A DNA stretch of 64,000 bases from Iphione sp. A-MEVVRFRX5 (lineage: Eukaryota): assembly GCA_976226885.1 (NCBI GenBank), contig OZ320315.1, forward strand, positions 50,530,001-50,594,000, given 5' to 3'. Every line of letters starts with the position of its first letter. Positions within the stretch are counted from its first letter, which is position 1. The notes under the pieces were generated by a model, which did no database searches, was not told the origin of the DNA, and saw nothing but the letters and a program-made list of their open reading frames with translations. Positions 1 to 11,420 of this stretch are shown piece by piece. The position numbers were made by a program, and so were the translations under genes.

Positions 1-1015
1 GTCTAGAATTTTAGCACTATGAAAATGTCAGCTGCCACTTGCTGCTTGTAAAAAATCAAGATAGGAGGTATCTTTCAAACCCTAAAACGCGTAGTTCTAG
101 TTGTATATCAAATCAAAGCCAAGGATCTAAGGAAGAAGTTGGTGTACAGATTGTCTTTCTATCTTAAATTATAAGGACGTTACAGCCATGTGAAATTTGG
201 CACTCATTCAGCACTTACTCAATGCTGTCCTGCGTAAAAACGTAACGTCATTTTACTGCAAAATTACGTACAACAGCAATCGGTTCATTATAAGAGCCAT
301 ATCATTCTCAAAATCTGCAATGGTTACCAGAGAAATAACACTTAAAAATGTACCAAAGAACCCCATACTAGGGTTAGTTGGTGCATTTATTAGGAATGTT
401 ATCACACAATGTAGGCTCTCCATGATTTTATATCTTTTTTGGACAAATATATCCGTTCAATGGAAGACTACAGCAATCATGTGAAAAGGGTCAGGAGGTA
501 TGTCTGCCCAACAAAAAATCCCTGAACCATCATTTGGTTTTGATGGTAATGGTAAGAGTCCTCTTTCGTGTGACGAGGAGCTCTAAATTTCTTTTAGTAA
601 TTCATCTCTGCATAAGAAATGAAAAACCATTTAGGTAGGTACAGCCTACAAAATATGTAGCGACCAGTGCCAAGCATAAAAAAAAATTGTACTTTTTAAC
701 CCAGGCCTATGGATTTCTTTGCATGCATGTTGAAACTTAACCAGCGTTTGCATGGAACATGAAAGGCAATATTGTTAGTTTATATTGTGTCTTCATAAAT
801 GAAATGAAAAAAACTCATTTTTGAAATGTAAAGTACCTTTTGATTCATTTTGGCTAGTTTGTAACGTAATTTGCTTCTATACAAATCGACTTTGTCATTG
901 TATATTTGTGATATTGCATTTTTGGCAACAATAGCAGAGGCATAGAAGATCAAAAAAGGCCAGAAAAAATAGGCCGAAAGACCACCTTGCAGTAAGGAGG
1001 GAAATAAAGTGAAAT
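1..1015. mobile_element. Possible interspersed repeat / non-autonomous DNA transposon fragment cut by the window edge
   Basis: AT-rich and non-coding, with sequence texture similar to the other non-autonomous elements in the window. No termini or TSD could be verified. Confidence 0.2.
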
Positions 1016-1699
1016 GTTCCAATATGCCCTTCGCACCAACCGGCCCTGGTCTTCCCGATACGTAGTCATATGAACGACACCAGTGAATATGCGTTGGTTT
1101 ATTTTACTGCAAAAGAGATTCTTTGGGAAAAGATTTCTCTCTTTTGTTTAGGTGTAATGAACTTGGATGCCATGTCATCTCCATTTATTAGGAAATTCTT
1201 TATTCACAATGTGAAGCGTGCGTGTCAATCTTTATTCGATCACCTCATCTGGCAATCTTATGAAATTGACCCAAGTGCGTGTTTTTGTTGGGACTGTTCA
1301 GCTTTTAAGTAATAACAAACAAGGATGTGTCTACATCTTGTTCAAGATTCAATTTAAACATGTAAAACTCCTGGAGGGTCTTGGAAATTTTGGATCCAGC
1401 ATTATCCGTAGCACCCACGGGATGATAGGTTTTATTGTCCCAACACAGTCGATTCGCTCAGGTGATCTCCAATTAACATCAGCACAATATGAAACCACGC
1501 TGCCTCAAACTCGAATTTAACAACTGAGAAATGCCTTCAGAAAACCAAATACGCCCTCCTCGAGGCTTTGTTTGCTCGTCCAAGACCAGGACCGGTTATT
1601 AACGTTTGAGGGTATTTTTTCGTCTTTTTGTTCGACTTCTTCGTTTTCCCTGGAAAGAGGAGACTGGGGTTTGAGACAAGCCCCAGATGGCTGAGGGGT

Positions 1700-2520
1700 C
1701 GTTCCTAGTTGTTGTCCTGGCCAGATTCCTTCGTTGAGGTTCTGGGTGGTTCGGGTTACCCTGGGACCAGTCACACCTCGCTAATATTTTGCCGGGTGAC
1801 TGGCAGGCCGATCCGCCTCCTTTACCGAGAGAACGTCCCGATCGAGCGTAACCCTTGAAGCACGATGACATAATCCTCTACGTCATGCTCCCAGGGCCTT
1901 AACAATATTGTCACCTCCAGCCACCGCCATCTGCAATCACACCGGCAAACAAATTCAACGCTAATCCACAGCATGCGATTTAATTAAGGAGTGAGGAAAT
2001 ACTGATCGTGCTTCCTCCCTTTCCTGTAGAAAAACGCAAAAAAACAACAAAGACGAGCAAGCATTAAAGCTGCGTTGTGAACGCAGAGCAATCGAAAATG
2101 CATTAAATAATTTGAATCAAAATGAATAAGATCCCTCTTTATTGAATGAGGTTGGTTTTAGCCCGGCATCCCCCACCGCTCACTTCCACTTCTCCTCTTT
2201 GCACTGAGAGCAATTTGATCAGGAATGCAGTGACTTTTTTTTATTAAACTAATAAGACTTAGCGGCAGGGAACTTCACCTCTGTGAACCTGGCATGACCT
2301 TGTCGACCGGGTCCCCAGGATGTCGGTGATTTGGGTGAGAAATGTCCACATAACGACTGATCAGTTAGGGCCTGGCGTCACGATTAACCGCCGTCGATTA
2401 CGCCCAACTCATGGACACGCAGTGGACTTTAAATGACCCCTGGAGCATGGTCATATGACCTTGTTCGCCACTCAAGCGTGTAATATGCTAGCGTGAGGCG
2501 TCTGACCCTTGGCACAATGA
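1700..2520. promoter_or_regulatory. GC/CpG-rich non-coding island, candidate cis-regulatory element
   Basis: Elevated GC/CpG, no convincing ORF; contains the DR5, further nuclear-receptor half-sites (2434-2461) and TAAT/ATTA motifs. Confidence 0.4.
2284..2300 (-). promoter_or_regulatory. Perfect DR5 nuclear-receptor element (RARE-type): AGGTCA tgcca GGTTCA on the minus strand
   Basis: + strand TGAACC TGGCA TGACCT matches RGKTCA-N5-RGKTCA, within a GC-rich non-coding island. Function untested. Confidence 0.5.
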
Positions 2521-3939
2521 TGAATTCTCAGTAGGCATCTCTAATGTGCCAGATTCATGCCCTGTCGCAACTTCCCGGTGTATGAGGGCGTTCGTTCACA
2601 CCTCCTGTGTTAATAAATGCCATAAACTTGGCTTTACTATCGCCTACATTAAAATTACCATTAAAGTTCCTTGCTGAAATACGGACATACAAAATAAGAT
2701 TTGCATCTATGAGCAGGCTGAACGTAGCTGATGAAAGGTGAGCGTCTGTAAAGGGACAAAACGCTGACGAAGCATCCACTTATAAATCACCTCTGGGACT
2801 GACGTCTTTGGTAAGTGTGGCCTCTTTCAGGTAGAGCGCAACACAGGTGAGCAATATTGTCCATATTATGAAAATTGATGGATGATCAGAGTGTGCCAAA
2901 TAGGCTGGACTACGGCTGCCTTGGCCACCGACTGACCTCCGGAAGGCTATTCCGGAACCACCTATTTCGTGTTATGGGCCCCAAGACGGCCTTTTAGTGT
3001 CCAGCCTTATCATTCTACACAAATTAAAGAGAAATTTATGCCACTCTGTACATGACACATTCCATGGTAAGTGACATGTAATGCCTTGCTGAATAAAGAT
3101 TCCCATTATTCCAGGAAAACCCACACGCTTGAATCAGTATTTCACCAAGTCAAGAGATAAAGGTCTTTATGTTCACAGTACCGGTCACATAAAATATTTT
3201 GGATATACTGCGCACACGATAAAAGAATGGCACTACAAACCATTCAACATTGTCTGATAAAATATTCCCTTTGCTCCATTCCAGTACAATGGTCACATAT
3301 TTGTTAGGTAATAACGGCATTTTTAGAAGTACAGCTGAAGATACACGTTTGCATTCTGCACGGAAGCATCATGTGCAAATACGGCGTGAGGAAATCACAG
3401 CTCCTCCACCTTTAGATACCTCCCGTGAGAGGTTATTCTCCAAAACTAGTCTAGAAACAGATGGTGGAAGGAAAGAAACGGACCAAACCCTTCTACCCTC
3501 CGAGCGTCGGCAGCATTAATTCACAGAAAGGTTTGTTACGGATTTTCCCCTCAGAAGTCTGACTTAGAATGTTTTAATTTCAAGAGCGTGTGGAGTTCCA
3601 CTCATTTGTTCAGGGCACTGCAATGCACCCCCCCTTTTGTTACGTCTCAGCCCCGACCTTTCAGATAATTGACTTTTTGCTTCCAACTCTTATGCAGTTG
3701 AGGTCGCAAATTGCCAGCTATGAGAAATGCAGAACTTGCCTCTGGCGGGCCAGTAGTGATAATACAATGGCGATTTATGGTTCCGATTAATAATTGTACA
3801 GAAGCGCCTACCTGCTCTCTTTTTCTTATGGGTGGGAATGGGTTCAGCGGTAAAGTACTTAGCACCGTGCATTGGCTGCACACTCGCCCTTTTATTAAGA
3901 GGCTTTGCAGGTGTCAGCAATCAGTGTGAGCGTCAATTC

Positions 3940-4620
3940 AGCAGTGCCACTCTAAATTACTAATCTCTAATTAAACGTTATGTGTATGGGTCACCTGGGA
4001 GTGGGTACAACCAAGCCGGTAATGATAAATGAAACTGCGAGTGACTCCGGCACCGTGAGCATCTGTTTAATGCTCATCCCCTGAAAAACGCTTCACACAG
4101 GCTACCGGCTGAGCGCTCTTTGATGGCAGTTTATGTTCGGCGCTCTGATTGCGCAAGCTCTGTGTTCCGGAAGTGACGACATAAACTTTGTCGAATAGGT
4201 CCCGGATGTTGCCGCTATAGCCGCCGTAAGCCGCGGCGCGCAGCCCCTCGCCGATTATCTCCCCGAAACAAACGTTCGTCAGATAAAACAGGGCCACTTT
4301 TTATTACCATCCACTGCCGTCTCCCCCTATTTTTTCCTCCTGTGCGATGAGTATCAAAGGCCATATTTTCTCCGGGCGGGTAAGCATAGCCTCCTTTAAC
4401 TTCCTGTCTCGAGACGAACACAAAGACCGTCACCTTCAAAATGAGCCGGCATTGTAATCGCACGACACCATCACCCAGGGGACCTCCAGGGTTACTGCCT
4501 AAAGGTAAAAGCAGCCATGAATTGAATATGGCTGCTGCACGTTCCCCAAAGGCAGGCAACACCGGAACAATGGCATCCTAGTGTACGTGAGCCCATTAGC
4601 TGGGGAGACTTAGAAGCCTG
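3940..4620. promoter_or_regulatory. CpG-rich island with ETS/CRE/C-EBP/YY1-like motifs, candidate promoter or enhancer
   Basis: ATTGCGCAA near 4148-4156, CCGGAAGTGACG at 4167-4178, CCGGATGT near 4202-4209, and an inverted GCAGCCAT pair at 4510-4536. Confidence 0.45.
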
Positions 4621-6179
4621 TCCTCCAGTGTCAATGATGGCGTAGAATCCCTTTCAGAAGAGAAGGTCTCAGGTGTAGGCAACATCCTGACACGTTGTTA
4701 CAATCCATGCAGATATTGCATCCAATCATCTTGCCATCCGTGGAATTCTAGTGTTAAAGCTCTCCGAAGCATGATTTGATATAATAAACCAACAACTATG
4801 GAGATATACCTGTCACTGTTTGGCATGCATGTCTTTTTCGTCTCCGGATATGCTATGGGTGTTATTTGTCAGTCATGCATACATAGGTAATTAAGTCCAA
4901 CCAGCAGTTCATGTACTTTCACACAATAGTCCAATACCGCGGATGCCGGGATTTATCAGTAAAGTCAGAAATGATCAATAAGTATTGACATACTATTCAT
5001 AACATTGTAAAGCAGTGCCTCGACATAGAATTCAAGCGTCGCACAGTCGATTTTCGTTTTCGCGTTCGTCCAATACAATTCTGCTAAGGATCGCAGTCGC
5101 CTTGGTTTGTCGGGAACTTGTCGCCATCAACCTATATTTTAAGTTAATTACGGGGACGCTGCAGGCGCTAGTGGAATGGTGCTGATCTAGATTTTATACG
5201 TGTCAGATATTGATCTGATTTCTGGAGCATTAAGCACCGTAGGAGATATCGTGTCACAGGTGATGTTGAGGATTTACATTGTCCGTATTAGCCAAATTCC
5301 GGACATGAATACTGCATTACGTGCAAGCTCTCCCCGGTGCGAGCCAACAAAAAGTGTTATGATGAAACTGCATTGACTTTTCTGAAACCATGCACATCCA
5401 TTCGATACGACCCTGATTAGAGGCAGACAGACACACACATTTATATATACATATGAATATGTGTGTGTGAAATATTTGAGATTATTGTGTTTTTCCACCT
5501 AGTGGCTTACTCCATACTACACCCTTATTGCATGCACACACGGTTTACAGTGCAGGAACCTATCAAGCTGGACCGGGATTACATCAGAGTATAATCGACA
5601 GTAGGTGCCGCCCTCTTTAGCTGCGATCAATAGAATCGGGTAGGCAGAAGATTACACGGCAGACGGAAGAGGTATTTATAGAGGCAACAGCACGGTGGCA
5701 AACGGGATGCTGCTAACCGGCGTCAGAGATATACGCCGGGCGCCATCTAAGAAAGCTCTCTGTCCACAACGGTCAACCACTCGAAAGATACTAAGGGAAG
5801 GACACTTCCTTTATGTATTCTGCGAGCGGCCTTCAAACAGGCCTTGATGAATGTAGAAGTGCCCAATTAACTGTCTTCAAAAAACACCTTCTTAGAAAGA
5901 AAGGATCGCTATAGCAACCAACCAAACCTATGAGCTAGGACGTTATTCGTGGATTTTATTATTTTTCTCACCTGAATAATAATTTTTTGTAATATCAAGT
6001 TCACGGTTTGTTTTTTTTTTATAAATTTGACATCGCTATTAGACCAATGTGATGCTAGAATAGAATAAGTGATGAAACACTAAGAAAATTCGTTTGTATC
6101 TTTTATATATTCCATTGTTAGGCGTACCTACGAAGGTGCACTTTTTCCTAATCCAACCCTTGTCGTTTTATGCTTTCCC

Positions 6180-7310
6180 TAAGCTGTATCGATAGTTCCA
6201 CTGGCTCAAACAAGTATTTTGAAAGGCTTCGAGAACATATCTCAACCTTTGCTGATTCGAAGACTTCATGATATATTTGCATTGGTGCGACAGGTAGAGT
6301 ATCATGTGCGAACAGTTACAAAAGTTGTAGAGAAATATCAAATCTCGTCTAGGCAGTGGAAATCAAGAAACAAGATGGACCCAAACGTATCTTATTCAAC
6401 TTGTGGTGCAACGAATTCCAACAATTTGTAACTAACCATGAAGTGTATCAAGTAAATGGGCTCTTTCTAATCTGCTTTCTATGGATTACGAGTATCAAAT
6501 CATTCTCTGCTCACGTCCTATATACACTTATTATCAAAACATCTTTCGCGACTGTAGCATGCGGCTCTGGCATGGCTGGCAGTGGCAGAGGTGAGTGAGA
6601 CTTCGGACTTCTATCCCTACTTTACACAGAATTTAAAAGCAGGGCTGAGTGAGACCGAAAGGTTCCTACCAGCCTGTAACTTTGAGTAGGGTCAGTGTCT
6701 GGAAGAGGGATGTTCCCCTCGTCCCAACACAGGTATGTTTTTGTAAGCCTCACATCTCCTGGTTTGGGACCCAGTGAGACCCATTTTCATACAGCCAAAC
6801 TCCAGGGCCGTGACTTCTTCGGAATAACACTTGTTTAGGGGAGAGTGACTTGTACCTCATGAACTCAGCATAGCTAGCTGCATACTCCAATCTTGCTCAC
6901 TTCTGAACTTTTCATTCACCCTTTTGACATCATTACCACCTAGGGGAGTGCAGTCTGAGGCTCTTATGCTCTTTGTAAACAATTTGCAGGGTAGGGGGGC
7001 GATGCCACTTGCTGTAGTGCTTGTTGCTTCCATCTCTCCAAACGTTTGGGTCAAGCCAGTACCTTTCAACAGAAGTGTGAGTGAGGTATCTAAAGAACTA
7101 CACCTGTAACTGATGTCCAGAAGCCGAGAATTGCCCTGCCTCAATGATGAAGGGCAGGAGGCTTCAGTACTCCAAACAGTAAATTTAACTTTAACCGTAA
7201 CACTCATAGTTCTCCTCAAGAACTTTCCTTGTGTACAATTGGTTTATTATACATCCTGTTCTCGCGGGCAGAATGTATATCCTACGATGAGTGCTGGGTC
7301 CTTGTGAGTC
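6180..7310. pseudogene. Unassigned decayed coding relic (TE-, virus- or gene-derived)
   Basis: CpG-poor block with long, partly open frames. The minus strand gives ...RYLTHTSVERYWLDPNVWRDGSNKHYSKWHRPP..., ...EFMRYKSLSPKQVLFRRSHGPGVWLYENG... and ...TKTYLCWDEGNIPLPDTDP..., preceded by a strong acceptor (tgctttcttttgctacatcAG, exon would start at 7310). One plus-strand frame at 6180-6598 has only two internal stops. No family recognised. Confidence 0.3.
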
Positions 7311-9650
7311 CTGATGTAGCAAAAGAAAGCACTGTATACATACCGACGCTATTTCAAATACAACGGATCCATGTGTCTTAGATGAGTGAAATTTCTACTG
7401 AATTCATCAAATATTATAGAAGTTACAAACACTTCAAAACTAACGAAGTGTTAAAATGTTTAATAATAAGCAATACAATTTTAAAATATAATTTGTGAGG
7501 GTGGTTGTCCCGTCTTGAATTATTAACTGCATATTCTAATGCATGTATATCGTATACTGGACGTCTACGTTGTAATTCTTCTGCAGGGGAATAATTTCCT
7601 TATAAATGTCATGCATCTAAAATGTGTTGAGAGCTTACGGAAACTGATACACATGTACATACACTTGCTGATAAAGATCAGCACTATTTATTACTCTAAT
7701 ATAGCGACTGTCTGCGTCTGTCGAACCGACGAAAAAACAATCTGGAGATTGGTCAGATCATTTTCACGGAGAATGTCCAGGGGATCATGGCCTTCAGTCT
7801 TTGCCTTTGTCTTCGGATGCAGCAAAGTTTAGCATTCCTCAGTAGGGAGCAAAACGCAAACTGCAAGTTATAAAGAAGATTTCCTTTTAAACATATGTAT
7901 AAAATAATATATCTAACTTCGTTTCCACTAGAAGAGAGATACTGAAACTATAAATATCCAGTATTCTCTGAATAAGAGTTACATAAACACAATATATATA
8001 CATGTACATGTATATGTACTGTAGCGATAAAAGGACATTTACTATCGTAAAAGCACACCATATGATTATATCTCTATGTCAGAGAATAGATTCTAGACGA
8101 ACTACTATATACTATTTAAGTGTGAGTGTGAAAGAATGAATATGGATCAGCATATGGTATAAATATCTTGAGATCAGTATATATTAATCAGATTTACCAT
8201 TATTATATCATGATAACGTAATTTAGATAAGCCGGAAATGAAAAGACTTGGCAGTGGTATTACTCCATGTCCTAATGAATATTACAGAAACCCTTAGAAC
8301 GTTTCATAAGGTAAGAAACTACATTTAACAGCACTAGTAGTAAAGTTTAAAATGACAATGATACATCAGTCGAGACCCTGAGTAACAAACTAATTGTCTG
8401 TGACGGCGACATAGGCCTATACCATGGATTTCTAGACATTAGACGAATTGTGTGGTGCTGCTTACCTATCTGAAAGACGTTAACGATGTGGAGACATGAG
8501 CGAGCAAGTCCAACCTCTCAGAACGCTACAAAAATACTACACTGTCATCACGTTGCTGTCGGAGTGGGATAAGTAGGAAACTTTCCGGGACACGTCGCCA
8601 GTATTCTTTGCCTAAGTTGCCTTCCCTATATGGATTCCCCTTATTATTTTGCCGATGCTACACAGCAACACCATGTATTCGTTACCTTTCCTCTGAACAT
8701 CTTTCTAAAGCCCTTTTTTCGGCGTACTTCATTACGCTGTACGCCACCGTCGAAGCAGAAGGTTGTTAACACTTTCAGTTGCCGTTTGATGGGTAATGAC
8801 CATTTGGTCATCTCACACTGGGGATATTTACTTGCTTCGATGGTCCTCAAGTAATCAGCCATCGCTGCCGTAGACAAAGGTTTGCACTTGGACCCAATTT
8901 CTCTATGCTGCCTAACTGGATTTCCAGTTGGCACGCAAGACCTTCAATCAAATGGGGCCCACTCCAGGCGGCGGGGCACTTCCTGCCCGTCATTAGCCCG
9001 TTGTCTTAAAGGCGAGTGACGCAGGAGATGGGCGACCTAGTAACCAGTGGCTTAGGATGCTGAGCAAAGACTGCCTCGGGGAGGCTGCAGCTGGTGCTCG
9101 GGGGGGGGGAGTCACTTCAAGATGGCAGGATAAGGAGGAAATGAAGGGGCGTCATCCCCGGAGACATTACAACAGTCTTTTCTAGTTGCGGTCCCTGTGG
9201 ATAACCTAACGGCTCTCCATGGTGCCCAGCAGGTTAGCAGCAGGACTCTGGTGAAAGAGGTATTACCAAAACACCGTTGGAAGTAGGTCATAGCACGAAG
9301 TGCAAGGTGTAGTCGCTGGTTGTATCGGAAAAAGAAACATTTTGTACGCAGAAAATGCTGCGTCGTACAGAACGACCTATTTACAGCTTGTTCTGTGGTG
9401 CTCGAATTAACATCTGCTACATATCGTGAAACAAACTGTTTCGCTCCATCCCTCGTTTGTACACTTGATGGGTGGCGGTGGTCTTAGGTAAGAACGTAAA
9501 GATTCAAGATGCAATATTTTATTTCACTTCTTAAGTTTCCCAATGGAACATTAGACCTCTTCCAGTGAAACATTGGATGAAATTAACATAAATGAGAGGA
9601 AAAGGTAGCAAGAATAAGGGGAAAGGGTAACATGAATGAATAAGAAGTTA

Positions 9651-10097
9651 AGTGCTATCCCCATGTGTGCAAACCTTTTGGATCTGCCACTCTGTGTGTG
9701 GATATCGGAGGGACTGCTCCAACCAATTAAAATACAATTATCCCCATGTGCATGGACAGTGCAGACACAGACAGATCGGTGAACAAGCAGGAGACCTGGA
9801 CCTGGCACCTCGTGTAGACCAAGAATAGAAGAGAATACAACAGAATAGAGTAGAATAGACAGGAATTCAGTGAGATCTGCACAAAAAACACATTACTTAC
9901 ACAAATTTGACAGGAATTTAATAAGATAGGTATAGACATAGACACAGACATGAGACACAGACATAGACAACAGGAAGACTGTGTGTATAACCTATGTACA
10001 TGGGGATAAGCCCTGTGTCAGGTTGTGGGGAGGTCTGGGCAGGACACACCACACCACTTGTCATGGACGGACAATCCGCGTACATGGGGATAGTGCT
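9651..10097. mobile_element. Putative MITE with symmetric subterminal 11-bp motifs (two forward, two reverse)
   Basis: TATCCCCATGT at 9656-9666 and 9739-9749, with its reverse complement at 9998-10008 and 10082-10092 (spacings 83 and 84 bp). Near-inverted termini AGTGCTATCCCC...GGGGATAGTGCT and a low-complexity AG/AC-rich core. Confidence 0.5.
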
Positions 10098-10139
10098 TTA
10101 GATAGTTGGAAAGAGTGAGCAATATGGTTGAGACTAAAT

Positions 10140-11420
10140 ACATATAATGACGATCAACTTAGCAATGGACACTACAAAGATGACAAGATTTGTAGGAGAA
10201 AATTGAACAAAAGTAAGGTTACATATGGACTTATGGCCACTATACAGCAGGCGTATGGTAATAGAATAAGTAGTGATTTATATTACTCAAAGGCAGTACG
10301 GTAAAATAGCAGAAAGAATATTTCATACGCAAATGTCTTCATATTTGGAGACAATTAACTTCTTTGGCGATGAACAACAAGGCTTTCGTCAAGGTAGGAG
10401 TACGGAAACAGTGCTATCACATCTTTTGAAAGACACATAAATGACAAAAGATAATGATAATGATATGGGTGTTCTTCTATTTGACATGCCCAAAGCATTC
10501 AACACTATGAATCAAAATATTATTTGGTTGAAATTTTCGAAGCAGAGACGAGCAAAAAATTGTCGTGTGGGTTTAACCATATCTGCAAAGGAGACAACAG
10601 TCTGTGTGCTGTAACGGCTACTCATTTGCTAAGATGAATGTAAAACAGGATGTATCCCAGGGGAGCCCAAAGGGGCTTGTCCTCTTGTCTCATTGTAATA
10701 AATAATCTACCAAAGAGCTTGCTGGTAACAAAATCGGTGATATATGCTGACAGTGTATCAGTCTGCTGTGAGGCATCTAACATCATGGCATGTAATTAAA
10801 CGGTGTAGTCTGAATGGTCTGAGCTGAAATTCCGACAAGACAAGCTATATGTTGTTAGGGAAGTAGAATTGTTAATCTTGTTAATCTCTAACTAATGTAG
10901 CAACAGAGAAGCGTAAAGATGTTATATTCCAAGGATACCATAAAGAGGAAAATGCATCATAGAAACCCATCACGTGGGACAGCAAAACTAAAACAAGACA
11001 GAGAGGCTATTGCAAAAGTCCTAGACTTTGCTGATAATGTAGGGTTTTCAAGGTATTTCTGGTACCCTTTTTTCACTATGGATTACCATTTATCTTAAAC
11101 AGAAGTAAGACATCAGTGCAGGATCTACAATTGGATTTTAAAGATTAATGAAATTGATCATACTTGGTACATTGAAAACACAACAATCTGCCATTGTAAT
11201 AAGGAAGTGTAATACATTTCCATTCCTTGAAAACAGGGGCAGACAGCAATTGATTCTATTAATCTGCAGGCTGAAGATGATTCATATGTGCCCTATGTCT
11301 TATACATGTAATAGAGTAACTCGACAGAGCCTAACTAGTAGGCTAGTTTTGAAGAAGCCTAGAACCAGCTGTTTCAGCACAAGTTTCTGGTACAATGTAT
11401 TTTGGTTGTAAATTGCGGAA
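10140..11420 (+). mobile_element. Decayed non-LTR retrotransposon (CR1/L2/Jockey-like LINE), RT domain and C-terminal region, 5'-truncated
   Basis: Translation from 10303 reads KIAERIFHTQMSSYLETINFFGDEQQGFRQGRSTETVL...LLFDMPKAFNTMNQ (QxGFR and DxxKAFD-like motifs). Then VSQGS (PQGS-like) and YADS at about 10743 (YADD-like), and a typical tail RLVLKKPRTSCFSTSFWY in ORF 11148-11411. Stops and frameshifts throughout. Ends are approximate. Confidence 0.85.

Noticed and set aside
1517-1871. Minus-strand ORFs 1517-1774 and 1599-1871; the former reads vaguely like a protein C-terminus
   Set aside because: No family signature, a poor acceptor context and no partner exons; compatible with chance in moderately GC-rich DNA.
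2831-2846. Possible micro-exon (ctctttcAG gtagagcgcaacacag GTgagc)
   Set aside because: 16 nt, not frame-preserving, and a competing donor lies 20 nt upstream; cannot be supported without RNA data.
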